Position numbers and translations under genes: made by a program | The notes under the pieces: model-generated | Databases searched by the model: none | What the model saw: the letters and a program-made list of their open reading frames with translations, nothing else | What the model was told of the DNA's origin: nothing | Shown here: positions 26,801-40,397 of the stretch, piece after piece | Numbering within the stretch: position 1 is the stretch's first letter | Layout of the letters: every line of letters starts with the position of its first letter | DNA from: Chrysomallon squamiferum | Lineage: Eukaryota > Animalia > Mollusca | Length of the DNA: 64,000 nucleotides | Reading direction: 5' to 3' | Assembly: GCA_012295275.1 (NCBI GenBank) | Contig: CM022672.1 | Coordinates: forward strand, 12,462,001 to 12,526,000

Positions 26801-29800
26801 AAACTATCTGCTGATTTTGTGTTTATACTCAGGCCATTTCTGGTGTTCCAAAATTCCAAAACTCTTTTGAATAATACATATTGACTTTGTATTTTTATAT
26901 AATAGATTTTTGATTTTCTAATTCATTTTAGGTCATTATAAAAATGTGTTTTCTTATTTATGGTATATATTTTTCGTTGTCATCTAATTACAGGTAAAGA
27001 AGGTGACAAAATGTGTCTGTTCAGAAAAGAAGACATTCCAGAAGACTTTCTTGAGCAGCATATCAAGTGTTGTAAGCTTTTCTGTGAGTACCAATCTGAT
27101 ACAATCAACACCAACATTGAATTGTTCAATACCATGACAGAAGATGATCGTCTCCGTTTTGAAGCTATGAGAAGTTATTGTACTGACGAGTATGTCAGAA
27201 AGTATGGAATTGACTACATTCCAACTCGTTCTAAAGTTGTACAGAATTCCTGCACGGTAACTTATTTTACTGTAATTTTATAAGTGTATTTATTTGTGTG
27301 TGTGTTGGTATTTTCAACAACTATTTTATAATTTGTACCTTTTGAGACAGGAAGATATTGAGGTTTGGACTGGATATTTTTTTTTTTATCTGCAGCATTT
27401 TGTTTGAAACAAAAAAGGAAAGAATCATAATTCTTGTTTGATAACATTCAGCCCATGTACAAATAAAATGAAGACTGAATCCAAATTTTCATTTTTGTTT
27501 AGAGCATTGCACTTACTTAATTTACAAATAGTGTAAGAAAATATTTTCTTTCTTTTTGAAACTTAATCCTATTTTTGTTGTCATACGTTTTTGTAAACAT
27601 TTTTGATTTTTCTATAACTGATTTCTTTATTTTTCATAATTCTTTATGTCTTTAGTCAAAAAGGAGATTTTATTTTGAGAAAAACAAGGACAATTTAGAT
27701 GGACATAGAAGGCGAGTTGTACAGGAATGGCGATATTGGAAGTACACTGGATCATTTGAAGACAGACAGCAACAGAAAGCATTACCATGGAACCAGCAGC
27801 TTCAGCAAATGAAAAAATATGATTATGGATTTGAAAGCACCATCAATCTCACGGTGTGAATAAAATTGTTTAAAAAAACAATTTTCATATAAAATGTATA
27901 AATTATTTTCTTTATTCAGCTTAATTGTCTAAATTTATGTCTCAGTCAAATGCTGTTTTATTTTCTGGAACTATTGATCTAGCCATAATGGAAAAAGAAC
28001 TGAAAAAATCAATAGATTTAAGATGTCTGGCAACTATATTAAAAATATATTTAATAAGTTGCTCAGGCAGCCATTTGCTAAAGTACATTAAGGTGGTCAT
28101 TGCTGCAGTCATGGACATCTCACAGGAGTTAAGATTTGAAGTTGTATTTGCTGATTTAGCCAGTCAAAACCTGGTATTTTTCTCAAGTCATGGTAGAATA
28201 AATAACGTGTGTTCAGAGATTGTTTTTGTATATCTCTTGGAATAGTCATTTTGGCAATAAAACACATTTGTCAACAAGCCTTTAAAGTTATTTGCATAAC
28301 CTAATCTTAGAGTTTAAATGTTGTTTGAAATGTCTGCTTTTTTGAGACTCGGGTTTGATGGCTTTGAAATATACACCAACAGATTTGTTTAAATTAATTC
28401 ATAACTTGAATAATGACAATCAAAGGCAAGTTTAAGAACTTTTTAATTTTAAAATAGCTAATCTGTTATTAAAGTAATTGGTTATTATTTTGTAAATGTT
28501 TTTGGACAGCCTTCTTTATTTTCATTTCTGAATATCACAACCATTTTCAATGATTATTGATGTTTGCTCAGTCCCTTTTCACATTTTCATCTGAACTAGA
28601 TTTTATTTATTTTGTAATTTATTCTTAGTTCTTTTGTTGTTGTTTTTTTAGTGTTCGGATTCATTGAGCTATGATGAAATAACTAACTGGAGGCGTTCTA
28701 CAGGGCAAAAGTTAAAACAGATACAGAGCTCCAGGTTCTGTGAAGGAAAGCTTATTGAGCATATGAAAGAAATGTTGTCGAACTGCCAGGTTAGACATAT
28801 GCTAACAAGTTAATGTTTTAGATATATTTCAGCTGAAAAATAAAAATGTTATTCAGGTCTTTCCAAGTTCAGTATAGCTTTAGTAGGTTTAAAGCTAAAA
28901 ATTTAATCTGGGTTGTTACATAAAAGATGAACTAGTAAATTACACTACTTTGATGCAATGACCATGTTGGTCTTTATGAATCTACACTGAAGTATTAAAA
29001 TTCATTTGTATATGTTACTTTGTTTTCTTCCATATTTATTTCTTTTTGACATTTGATTTGGTTTACAGATTAAGGATCACAAGACTGCAAGTACAAACAG
29101 AAATGAGAAAAATTTATTGACGGAATTAACAGGTTGTCTTCGTTCAGCTCGTAGATCTGTTGACACTCTGTATTTCTGTGACATTGATAAAAAAATTGAA
29201 GACCACTTGAAACACAAATACGACATGTTTGGTAAAGGAAACTTTGTGACATTATCCAGTGTCAGTTTACTCGACAAGATTTCCCAGACAGAAGTTGCCT
29301 GTGTGGTTTGTGATCCTCTGAAACAGTCAGAGTTCGTTCCAGATGAAGAAGAAGTTCTAACCCAGCAGCAACTTTTTGAACTAGTTTTGCAGTTGGTGAC
29401 GGTAGGTCACAGTATTTATCCTTCTCTCTGAACCCTGTAAGCTATTTCTTACAAGAAATAACAATGTTATTTGTCAAAATTTCATTTCAGTATTAAATCA
29501 TTGTTGTTTTTTTGCTTTTGAAAGATATCAGTGAAAAAGAATGTTCTTAAATTATTCATCTTTTGACAAAAAATTATCCCGTTTCTTGCTCATATTTATT
29601 GAATTAAAAGTAATTCAAGAATTTTTAATTTGCATTATTTTAGCAAGATTATACTGAATCATGCTTATTTATGGGTTGTTTAATATCCTTGTGACATATT
29701 TATCATGTTTCTGAAAAATGTTAATGACTTTTCTGTGCTGGAATTTTATTCATCAAAATGTTTTGTTACAGCATCTTCCTGAACACAGCAATGTTATAAT

Positions 29801-31741
29801 AATTATTGGCAGTGCATTCACTCGATTCACAGCGGGACTGCTGTACATTCTGGCATCCAGTTTCAAACTGGTAAATAGAATTAATACACAAGTCTCACAT
29901 TTGAACTTAATTTATCAAAATAAATGTTGATATCCTTCTGGAGTGAAGTATCTTTATTATATTATGCCAGCTTTAAAAAAAAAAAAAAAAAAAAAAATTC
30001 CTTATATACAAGAGAAAAAACAACAAAAAAAACCACATTTATGCAGTCATGTTAGTTTATTATCTTATTATAAGTTGTTTTTAGATTTGGAAATGTACAA
30101 AATGTATTAATCTTATTTCATTGTGCCAACAAAAGCACATTTCAATATCTTGCTGTTATTACAATATTGTTGTGGATTCACATAATACAGTAAATGTTTA
30201 AATTTTTATTTTATTAGACTGCTGTTTCTCCAAAGCCTGGAGGTCTCTCATTTAGACAAATTCTCACACTGACAGACTTCACCGGAAAGTTTCCAAAACT
30301 GATAGAGTACCTTGAGAAAATTAAAACTAAAACTGATAAAATGCAAAGTGACATGGCTGTTTTAGAAATTGTTCCTACATCTGTCCTTATTGGTGGTATG
30401 TTTTTGACTGAGTTTTAGTAAAACTATTATTATTTCTATATATAAACTGTTTGAATTAATAAATCTTCGTTTACCCTACTAGAACACATTATTATTATTA
30501 AATGCTATTGAATTTTATTGTTATAAGCAGGATCTGAAATGCATTCATTTTATTACTGATCAGCAGAAAGGGCTTCTTTATAAGCACCAAGGAAAATGAA
30601 TTTCAATAAACTAATTACTGGATGTAAAAATGAGAAAATAAGCCTAGTTAGGATCAAGGTCAGATTTCCCACATAGGCTAGAGCCAAGGGGTGGCAGTTT
30701 ATCAAAATTGTTACTGGCCAGTGTTGCCAACTGTGTGCCTTTTATGCTCATTTGGACGCTTTTTTAGGAGATTATTTGCTAAATTATCGAGTTATGCACT
30801 TTGTTAAAATTTGGGCTCTTTTGACCTAATTCAGTTAAATTATTATGACTAAGAATAAATACCAATTGGACAGAAACTTTGTAAAAATATTTTTTGAGGT
30901 GTGCACTTTTTCAGTAAGAATTTGTGCAATTTTCCATAAGTTATAAAAAATCATATATTTCATATTATATAGTAAACAAAGTGGGAAGGGTGAAGTGGGC
31001 TTCAAGAGGGGGTGGTAAAATTTCTATAGCCTATGGGCGACTAGCACAATAAATCCATTACTGCATAGGATCGATTCTGTGAATTTCATTGCCTCAGGAT
31101 TTCCACCTAACCATAAAGCTAGACTTTCTTAGGACATAATATATTTATATTATTGACATTATCTTTTTTTTTTTTTTACCAAGTATTATTAATAAACCTT
31201 AACAACAAATAAATGTTTAGAAAGTTATGTTTATTCATTTATTCAAACCTGGCTGAATTATTAAAACAAGTGGTAAAACCATTGTGTCCATCCCATGGAC
31301 TAGAAAAGAGACAGGAGGGTTTTTGATAAATATGTTATGGCACAATAATCTTACAGTGGACCAACTAAGTACATCTGAATCCGTGACCAGTAATGGATCA
31401 GAACTAATGACATATTTGTAACGTAAACCACGTAAATTTAAAATTTGTTAAATACATTTGAATACATGCAATAAATGTTTTGGTTTTTAATTTTTATTCT
31501 CTATTTTCTGATTGTTTTTACTTAATTTTGTTTATTTATTTAGCAATATTTGTGCAATTTTGAATAGAGAGTCAGTAGTGAATGTAAGCAATAAGAGATA
31601 ACACTGTAAACAATGTATTTTAATTCTCTTTCAGATTACAACTTCACTGATTGGCTGATGTCTGTTAATCGCAGTCTCACTGTGAGTTTCATCAATGCTG
31701 CTATTGACTGTGAAAAGAGATATCTGCCAGGTCCAGAATGA
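19112..31741 (+). CDS. CMTR2: Cap-specific mRNA (nucleoside-2'-O)-methyltransferase 2 (FTSJD1), ~784 aa without the optional repeat exons
   Basis: Exons 19112-19161, 23855-24318, 24792-25000, 25373-25570, 25970-26087, 26994-27256, 27656-27853, 28652-28789, 29069-29401, 29772-29870, 30218-30395, 31635-31741 (TGA) total 2355 nt in frame. Motifs [58 protein letters not shown] give the K-D-K-E tetrad. Confidence 0.94.
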
Positions 31742-32238
31742 AGCTAACACTGTGAAAATGTGAAAAACAATGAATCATATTTAGATGTTGTTAACGTAAA
31801 ATCATTCCATTTACGTTCAATCATTTTTACTCTGCTGTACATTTATTTTGTTCAGATTCTGTCTAAAGTCATAGCTTTTTTAATTCTAGCACTGGTAATA
31901 GCTTTATAATTTCTGTTACATTGGAGGTTTTTTTATATATACAATTTTTGTTTGCTGTTGCTTTAGCAAATGTAGATATTCAAATAATGTGCCATACTTA
32001 ATTGTTTTTTTTATTTTCTTGGGTGTTTAACCCATAGTCTTTCTAAAGTGTACTGTGTAAATTGTACATTGTCTTCTTATTTTATCTTGTGAACCAGATT
32101 TTATATAGTCATTTTTAAGCATAATTATGTAGAAATATATTTTGTTACTTCTTTTGCTGAATGAATATATTGATAAGTCTCTGTACGTGTGTAAATTCAA
32201 ACTCACGTTGCACACACATGCATACATATACACATACA

Positions 32239-32273
<35 letters not shown>

Positions 32274-32611
32274 TGTGTGTATGTGTATACCATTAATATA
32301 TGTAAGCAGAATGTTTTTAATGTTTGATTTGAATATATAATTTTATTTACAGGTTGTTTTTTATTACTATTATATTTTTTTGATTCATGCTTTTATTTTT
32401 AATCAAATACTTTTATACATTTATTTTTAAATACAATATTTTTTTTCGTGATCCTTTACTTTGTTAAAATGCAAATATTTTTGCATTTTCTAGGACTCTT
32501 TACAGCTTTTCTAGGACTTCATAAAATTGAAATGGTGAACAGCCCCTATTGCTGGTCTGCTTTGTTTTATTTTGTTTATCAAATTATAATATGGGAATCA
32601 GTGTTATTCAT

Positions 32612-32845
32612 GTGCATAAGAGGTTCCAGCTGGTATCTTCCATGTGCTGATGTGGAGAACTAGAACAGATGACTGAACATGTCACTGAAAATTACACAAA
32701 CCTACAGGAGCTTAGGGAGACTAACTGCAACAACTCTCCAGAAGAATCTGCATGGCACAAGATGTGATCTACAGAGAACAGTATCATTCATTGTCACTGC
32801 TTACATTGACATCTAGTGAACAAGAGAACAAAAAAAAATAATAAA
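32612..32845 (+). mobile_element. 5'-truncated non-LTR retrotransposon (LINE) 3' remnant
   Basis: Decayed reading HKRFQLVSSMC*CGELEQMTEHV..N..LQELR resembles the C-terminal CxC..H..C zinc knuckle of I/Ingi/Nimb-type ORF2. It is followed by an A-rich tail. Confidence 0.55.
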
Positions 32846-34579
32846 AAATTAGTGTTATTTATTTAGAATTCCTATTTTAAATATTTCTCTATGTATATAT
32901 AATGGCAGAAGATGACTAAAAGATTAACTTTTGATTGGGAACTTGAACATAATACAAAACCTAATAAACCTAATGTTAATAAATACTTCTCTAAACAACA
33001 GTTATTTTGTTTGCTGTTGATTTAGTTTAAAGTATGTAATGGAACATTATTGAAATTAATATTAATAACAGCACATTACCATGAATATGTATTACATTCA
33101 AACTAATGATATATTAATGTCCATGCAATTATAAAATGGCATGAATTACTGACTGCTTTGAAATGCTTTAACATGTACTGTTTTACAGATCATATATAAT
33201 ATTATTGTTACAATAAAATGAGAAAGAAAATATATAACTTTAACTTGACAAAAATAGATCTTTTATGAGTGCAGTCCCAAAGATAGGTGAGTATTTTTAT
33301 TACTAATCATACAGTGATATTAACTGGTAAAGAAAAACTGATGTAAGAACATTTAAAGTAAGTACCATTTTAGGCTGGACATCAGAAATATTCAGAGTTT
33401 ATTAAGATACTTAAAAGTAGAGTTGTGCAGCTTATCTACAGACAAGAAGTGATCTTTTATGTTGCATAATTATATATTGATGATTATCATATTGTTTTAC
33501 TGCAAGATACAAATTTTTTTTAAATAAACTTGCAGTTAATTTTTATACTATTGCTGCTAGTAATAATAATAGTAATGGTGTTTAAAATAGTATTCATGAA
33601 ATATCGTGGTGTTTAACTAATTTATGTGAGAATGTTATTATTCGTAGTAATAAAATTAATAGAATATCTGTTCTTTGGTTGTCTTTAAAAAAAAAAAAAA
33701 AATAATAATAATAAAAAAAAAAATAAATAAATAAAAATACTGAATAAAGCATTGTGTGATATTATTACTGAATATTTCATCTGGTCAGCAATTTCGGTAA
33801 ATACTTCATTACTATAGACAGTCGTAATTCGGACATCTATCTTTATACGTTTACAGAATCCATATTGTATATATAATTCTGTACATAATCACATTATCTA
33901 AACATATAAGTAACCCTTTTTTTTTTTTTTTTTTTATATAGTAAACCATTTAATTAGGGTAGATCAAACAAGTTTCGTAATCAAACTGTTTTTTAATACT
34001 ATCTACGAAAAACAGAAATCGGACCAAACATGTCGATGACTTTTCTTGTTGCTGAGAAATCTAACAGTCGTAAGTCGACAACTGTCTGTAGTATTGTTTC
34101 TCAGCAAACACACACACTATAAATTATTGCTGTTGTCATTATTATGCGTGAATAATATATATTTACATAATTACAGATATCTTTGTTAATTATTTCCGAA
34201 AATGTTATTCCACACCATTTTTACACCAACATGGCAGGTTGTTTTGATCACAAAAACCATGCCCGATTACTGTGACAAACAAAACAAACGTTAATTGATT
34301 ATATTCATGACAAAAAGCAGCTTCTTCTCTTTTTTTTTTTTAACGTTATTTTTTTTAAATTATAAAAGTTATACACTACAGCCTATGAGAAATATATCGT
34401 GTTGCGATTCTAGATCGGGAAAACCAACGAGTGCACATCGATCTTACAGTACATAACGACTTGGGTGAGCTATATCTTTCCATGTAGTCACAGCCCGCGT
34501 CAATTGATCTAAAATAAAATATAACTGTACTCCTGAGTCATTCACTGAACAAACTGAAGGGTAAACGGGTTAGAAATAC

Positions 34580-34606
34580 GCAGTGTCATTGAGGCATGAC
34601 AGGGCA
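34580..34606. promoter_or_regulatory. Pair of inverted antioxidant response elements upstream of MGST1b
   Basis: GCAGTGTCAT (reverse ATGACACTGC) and ATGACAGGGCA both fit RTGACnnnGC. AP-1 site TGAGTCA at 34534 and TATA-like TATTATA at 34612. Confidence 0.55.
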
Positions 34607-34719
34607 AAAAATATTATAGTCTGAACACGTTGAACATTCCATACAACTAGAGAATTAAAAAAGAGAGATACCCGGCTCGACGTTACATAATTTAAAAACT
34701 AAAGTAACATCCTGTTAAC

Positions 34720-36140
34720 ATGGCTGGTCAGTTGAGTTTCGACAATCCTGTTTTTTCCAAGTTTGCACTTTATTCAACAGTTGTGTTGGGCAAAACAATG
34801 ATGATGAGCCAGTTAGTTACTATCAACAGAATTCGAAAAGAGGTCAGTAGCATTTTCAGTAAAGATAATCACAACTCTTAGTACAAAGTCATGTTCAAAA
34901 AATACTTAACCTTGCTTTCACTTCCATGTGTTTGTATATATGATATACATTTTTTTGTATTAAAATTAAGGTTTGTAAACATTTATATATGGGGGTGTAT
35001 GATAGAGCATGCGTTATCGTCTTGAGAGGCTGTTTTCTAATCTGGTCTATGTTTGACAGCTGTTACATGTGGTATTTGATTTCTTCTCATTATTTAAAAC
35101 TGTATAGGCTATGCATGACACATAGCAACCACTAACGTTAAAACATACTAAAGTATCACATAAAATGCAGCCTGATTATTGTCCGCATGCAAACTTACGT
35201 TTAATGTCCTTTCTATAGACTATAGCTCCACATTGATATATCGTTTTTATTTATTATTATTACTCGAAAAATGCTTACATGGTACCTGTAGACCTATTAC
35301 AGCTTAAATTAATAGTGTTAAAATAACTAACAAGCTGAAAAAAAAAAATCTGATTTTATATAGCATCACTTATCATGGCTGTGCTTTAAGCATTAGGTAT
35401 TTGAAAATGATCGACTGAATTAATGATTAACACAAAAGCTAAATGAACAATTACCAATAAATACTCTTCTATTTTATCATTTACGAATATTGCAGCAAGG
35501 TTGTCATTACATTTTTATTACAGGCATTTGCCAACGAAGAAGATGTCAGAACTTTTGGAAAAACGAAAGGATTGGCAGTAATAAATGATCCTACAGTTGA
35601 ACGAATTAGAAGGTAAAATGTATTTAATAACAACAATAATAATAATAATTAAGAAAGAAAAAAGAGGATTCATCAGTTATTTCTTTAAGAGTAATATTTA
35701 GTTTATTTATATCATTGTAAAAGAATAATACGAACCGTATTTTTGTTGTATAAAAACTGAATTATGTACCTTTGATTATGTCTTTACCGACACTTATTAA
35801 CATACACATGCAATTAATATTTATTTGTTGTAAAATCTTTTTTATGTTTTTTTTTTTTTCCCCCTTTTTTTCCAGGTGTCATTTGAATGATTTGGAAAAT
35901 GTTTTCCCATTTGTCCTTGTTGGATTATTCTATGTCTCCACTGGTCCAGATTTATCTTTAGCAGAGTGGCACTTTAAAGTATTCGTCGGAGCAAGAATAT
36001 GTCATACACTATCCTATCTCCTGGCTTTACCCCAGCCCTGCAGATTTTTATGTCATACAACTTGCTGGCTGGTCACAGCATCTATGGCTGTTGCTGTTTT
36101 CGCGAATGTTCTAGATTTCAAACTTCCTTTTGTGCAGTAA
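34720..36140 (+). CDS. MGST1: Microsomal glutathione S-transferase 1, paralog b, 158 aa
   Basis: Exons 34720-34842, 35524-35612, 35876-36140 (TAA), with the same intron positions and phases as paralog a. Motifs FANEEDV, DPTVERIRRCHLNDLENVFPF, ARICHT..Y, PQPCR. Confidence 0.95.
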
Positions 36141-36358
36141 CACGATGTTTTGCTTTCATTTTTATTCATATACCACAGACTTTTCAATTTGTAATTTATA
36201 CCTGTCACTTTCATTAAATTGATATACTTACTGTTAATATGTATACAATAATAATAAATGGTATATTTTTAAGCCATGAAATTTGTTATTACCTGCAGTA
36301 GATCCTTAATGATGACACACATACACGAATCTTTTAAGTTATGTAATGTATCTTATCA

Positions 36359-36400
<42 letters not shown>

Positions 36401-37149
36401 TTGTTACTATGTTTTGAATGTAAATAAAATACCTTGTTAACATAATTTCTTTAAAAACAATAATTAAAAAAAAGTGATGTTAGCCTAATTAAAAATTAAT
36501 ACTTATAATCTACAGACAACGAATAATATGTGCCTAAACAGACGAAAATTATTCCACAAATGTTTAAAATTACAATATTTACTTCTGGTTACAGCTTTGA
36601 TCTAAAACATGATAGGACACAGGATTCTGCAGTAGAAATTACACATAAAAAAAGAATATCCATTTCTAATCCAAAAGACAAAATGTCATCAGCGGCTTTA
36701 TCATCGCATATTTCGTTACATACTATTACTTACATATTATACGTACGTAGGAACGCACACAGAAACACACACACGTTGTCTCAGTATTCGAGTGGCATCG
36801 TTCGCCTCCGGAGTGTGGGCGAATGGTTGCGACACTACGAGTCTTGTCAGAGGGATCTGACGTTTATAAGGTCATGATTGATTGAACTTTGTCCCGTTTC
36901 CAAATATTATCAGAACATTAGTCTAATCAGACATACAGAAGACAACAGAATAATCTTTACTAAATACATACATGCATATTCAACGAGAATTTAGCTAATT
37001 ACAAAGTAAATTCAAAACCTTTACATTCGTGGCCGTTTTATTTCTGCGCAGTCCATACTTGAGCTGAATAAAATATATTCTGAACGCATTTTTCCAGAAC
37101 ATATAGGCGTGTGAAAATTTCATGCATTTCTTTTATAAAAAAATAAATA

Positions 37150-37205
<56 letters not shown>

Positions 37206-37506
37206 TATATATAAATAAATAAATAAATAAATTATAACTCCAATAATGGAATATTTTGATGTTAATATTAATGTCCTTAAAAGACAATCCTTTGTCATTA
37301 CCCGAGTTCACCATATCTGTGCCTGCGCTTGTATTCATCTGACATTCATAACCTCAAGAACTCCGTTTATAAAATTTCCGGAATAAAAAGCTTTTGGGTA
37401 ACTTACTATGTGTATGCAGTATAAATGAAGTGTTTATGTGTGAACTGGCTATCGATTTCTTGTACCAGTTGTTGTTGTTATTTTCTTAAAGTCATTTATC
37501 TTATTG

Positions 37507-37540
<34 letters not shown>

Positions 37541-37868
37541 TCTGTGTAATCTAATCTATATAAATGTTTACAGACATTCTCATATTGCCACTTGCTGTTG
37601 GATATTTCATGATTTGACAATGTTGGTAATTTATAATTAGATCAGTTATTAAATATAATCAATTCTAAAAAAATAAGCAATCCTATAGTAATAATTGACT
37701 TTGAAATTACCCTGAAAACTATGTCATTCACTATAACTTGAGCAAATGTATACCTTTAAACTCGTACCAATGAATTTGATGTTCTCCAGATTTAAGTTTT
37801 TTTTTTTTTTTACGGGAGATACATAATTTAATTTCAAACACGCATTGCCATTTATTCTGTAAAGATTG

Positions 37869-37900
<32 letters not shown>

Positions 37901-38213
37901 CCCAAAACGACAGCAATTTTCGGATTGTAGAACTGCCATTACTCCGTTATTTTTGAAGTTACCATCATAAATATGATATCATTTTATGTTTTTTTTTTTT
38001 TTTTGTCCCACTAATGGAGAAATAATATTACTATACATGTATTCTCGTGCATTCTCATTGGTTAACAAAAAAGAACCCGGTAAACACCAGAGTTTATATA
38101 ACTAACGTAATACCTTGTTTATTTAGGATATTAAACAGAATTATTTAAATTATAGCAAATGGTAATTTAGGGAAATTAAAATTCGTTTATAGTTGAAGGT
38201 GACAAAGCAAGGA

Positions 38214-38801
38214 ATGTCTGACAAGGAAGATTTCGATGACCGTAAGTTAATAACACTAACTTAGTAACAACTAGTAAGTTGACAATGACAGGAATACTGT
38301 CAATACGAATGGTGCACCTACATAATATGTACTCAGTACAGTAGTAGTAATAATAATGTTAGTAGTGACTAAAGTAACTTGTATTAAGATAGAGTTATTA
38401 GGAAACTGAATAATAGTAAGAAAAAAACATCATCAACAACAAAGAAAAAAGTACATAGGAATAATAAAAATAAAGAAAGAACAAATTAATATAATTATAT
38501 GTTGTTGTTGCTGTTTTTTTTTTTTTTTTTTTTCTAATATATGACTTTGATACCTTAAACGTGCTATTAGGTAATCGATTTAATAAAATTTAGCACACTT
38601 GGACAAACTTGTGTTATAAAGTCTTGATAAAGATATAACCTTTCTATGCATATTTAAAAAAAGTTTAAACAGAATATAACTTTTAATACATTTTCCAAGA
38701 TATATAACCAGGTAATGTGAAAATTTCATTTGGCTGAAATGTCACAGAATAATAACTGGTTAAGAATTATTTATAATGGTGTTTGTCTTGTGACAAAGCA
38801 G

Positions 38802-38839
<38 letters not shown>

Positions 38840-40397
38840 AAAACTGAAAAAAAGATAACATAAATGTCTTTAATCATTATTAAATGATAATTTAAAAACT
38901 ACCATGGTTTTCCCATGACATTTCTAGTCCATTTTGCAATCCACATGTTGCAGTGTCTCATTGATTTGTGTTGAATATTCAGTTTGCATGTTACATTTAT
39001 TATAAAATATTGGTAATAAATATTCTGAAATATGATGATGAAAAATCATAAACAGGTCTGATAGATGCAAGAAACATGTTATACATTTACAAGTACCAAT
39101 AGATTCTGACCTTTTAACATATAAAAATATGTTTTTTTCAAATTAATTAAAGTGGAAAAATAGAAGAACAGAAAAACATCACCATGCAATAACAACAAAC
39201 CAAAAAACCAAAAACCGAACACTGCTAACAAATTACCAATAAGTTTCAAACATTGGTGTGAATATTCCTTTAAAGTGCTTGTTTATTACCAATGCATGGC
39301 ATAAAAATGTACAAGTATTAGTTTTATGGTTAATTGATTGAATTGTTAACAGCACATCTGGCAAAAAATAAAAAAAAAAAAAAAAGCAACACAGCACAAC
39401 AAAAAATAAAAAAAATAAAAAGTAAAACATTTTACTTCACATTCAAAAAATGTTATAACTGTTGCAATTATATTTTCAGTCAAGGCAACACCCAAGATCA
39501 CTGTAGAAGTAATAATAGTTGCAATTATCACTATAGAAGCAATTCTTGTGATAACCATTGTGATTCTATGTTGGTGTCTGAATAGGAAGAAAACGGTATC
39601 ATCAGGGACAGTTTCTGCAGTGACAAGTACAACAAAAGACCAGAAGACAGGATCTTACTGTGCACCCCCTCAGACAACAAACAATATACCGCCTCCACCA
39701 CCCCCCCAGACTCCAAAAAATATACCGCCTCCACCACCTCCACCACCTCCACCATCATCAGTACCAGTACAACTCAAAAAAGTTTCAGCAGATGACAGTA
39801 AGCCAACTGGGCAAGGAGGTATTTATAATATAGATATAACAATATTTCCATGATTCATGAACTCTTTAAAATAATTTCATGAAGTAAAAGCAAAATTATC
39901 ATTCTTTTATTTATTTATAAATGAAAGCTTTGGTAATGTTCCCTGTTTTGCTTATTATATCAGTTTCTTTAAAATAAACTATTATACCGTTAATTATTTC
40001 AAAGTCAAAAATGAAAAAAAAATGAAAAAAAACCCAGAGAAAATCTATTTGTTTATGTTAAGGTTCTCCCCAAAAATAGGAAAAAAACCAGCACTAGCAG
40101 CAGGTTCCATATTCCTCACTGAAAGTACAAGAAAGTATATGTTGTTTAAAATGTATACATTCATTCATTGCAAATAACTTATAGTCACAGATTTCTTGTT
40201 CACAATAAATATTAGTAAAATAATACTTTTATTATTTTATTTTTTCAGCTCCACCATCCTTTTTTTTCCTTCCTCCAGTACCTAGTAATAGATTTCCTCG
40301 TAATAAAGTGAAGACACAAACTAATTTTCGTCCAAGCACACCGCCGATAAGATTTGAAACTCCAACACTTCGACCACCTCCACCACAACTTTACTGA
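38214..40397 (+). CDS. Uncharacterised single-pass membrane protein with proline-rich cytoplasmic tail (~171 aa, 3 exons)
   Basis: Exons 38214-38241, 39480-39818, 40249-40397 join in frame through two phase-1 GT-AG introns: MSDKEDFDDLKATPKITVEVIIVAIITIEAILVITIVILCWCLNRKK...NIPPPPPPQTPKNIPPPPPPPPPP...RPPPPQLY*. Reverse CCAAT (ATTGG, ~38056) and TATATAA (~38095) lie upstream. Confidence 0.7.

Noticed and set aside
27925-28245. 106-aa ORF inside a CMTR2 intron
   Set aside because: TTG start, no recognisable motif, and the flanking CMTR2 exons join in frame without it.
36795-36835. HDV-like ribozyme suggested by GGCGAATGG
   Set aside because: I could not build the P1/P2/P3/P1.1 nested pseudoknot; only a simple hairpin forms.
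40379-40394. PPxY WW-binding motif at the adaptor C-terminus
   Set aside because: The sequence is PPQLY (PPxxY), not canonical PPxY.
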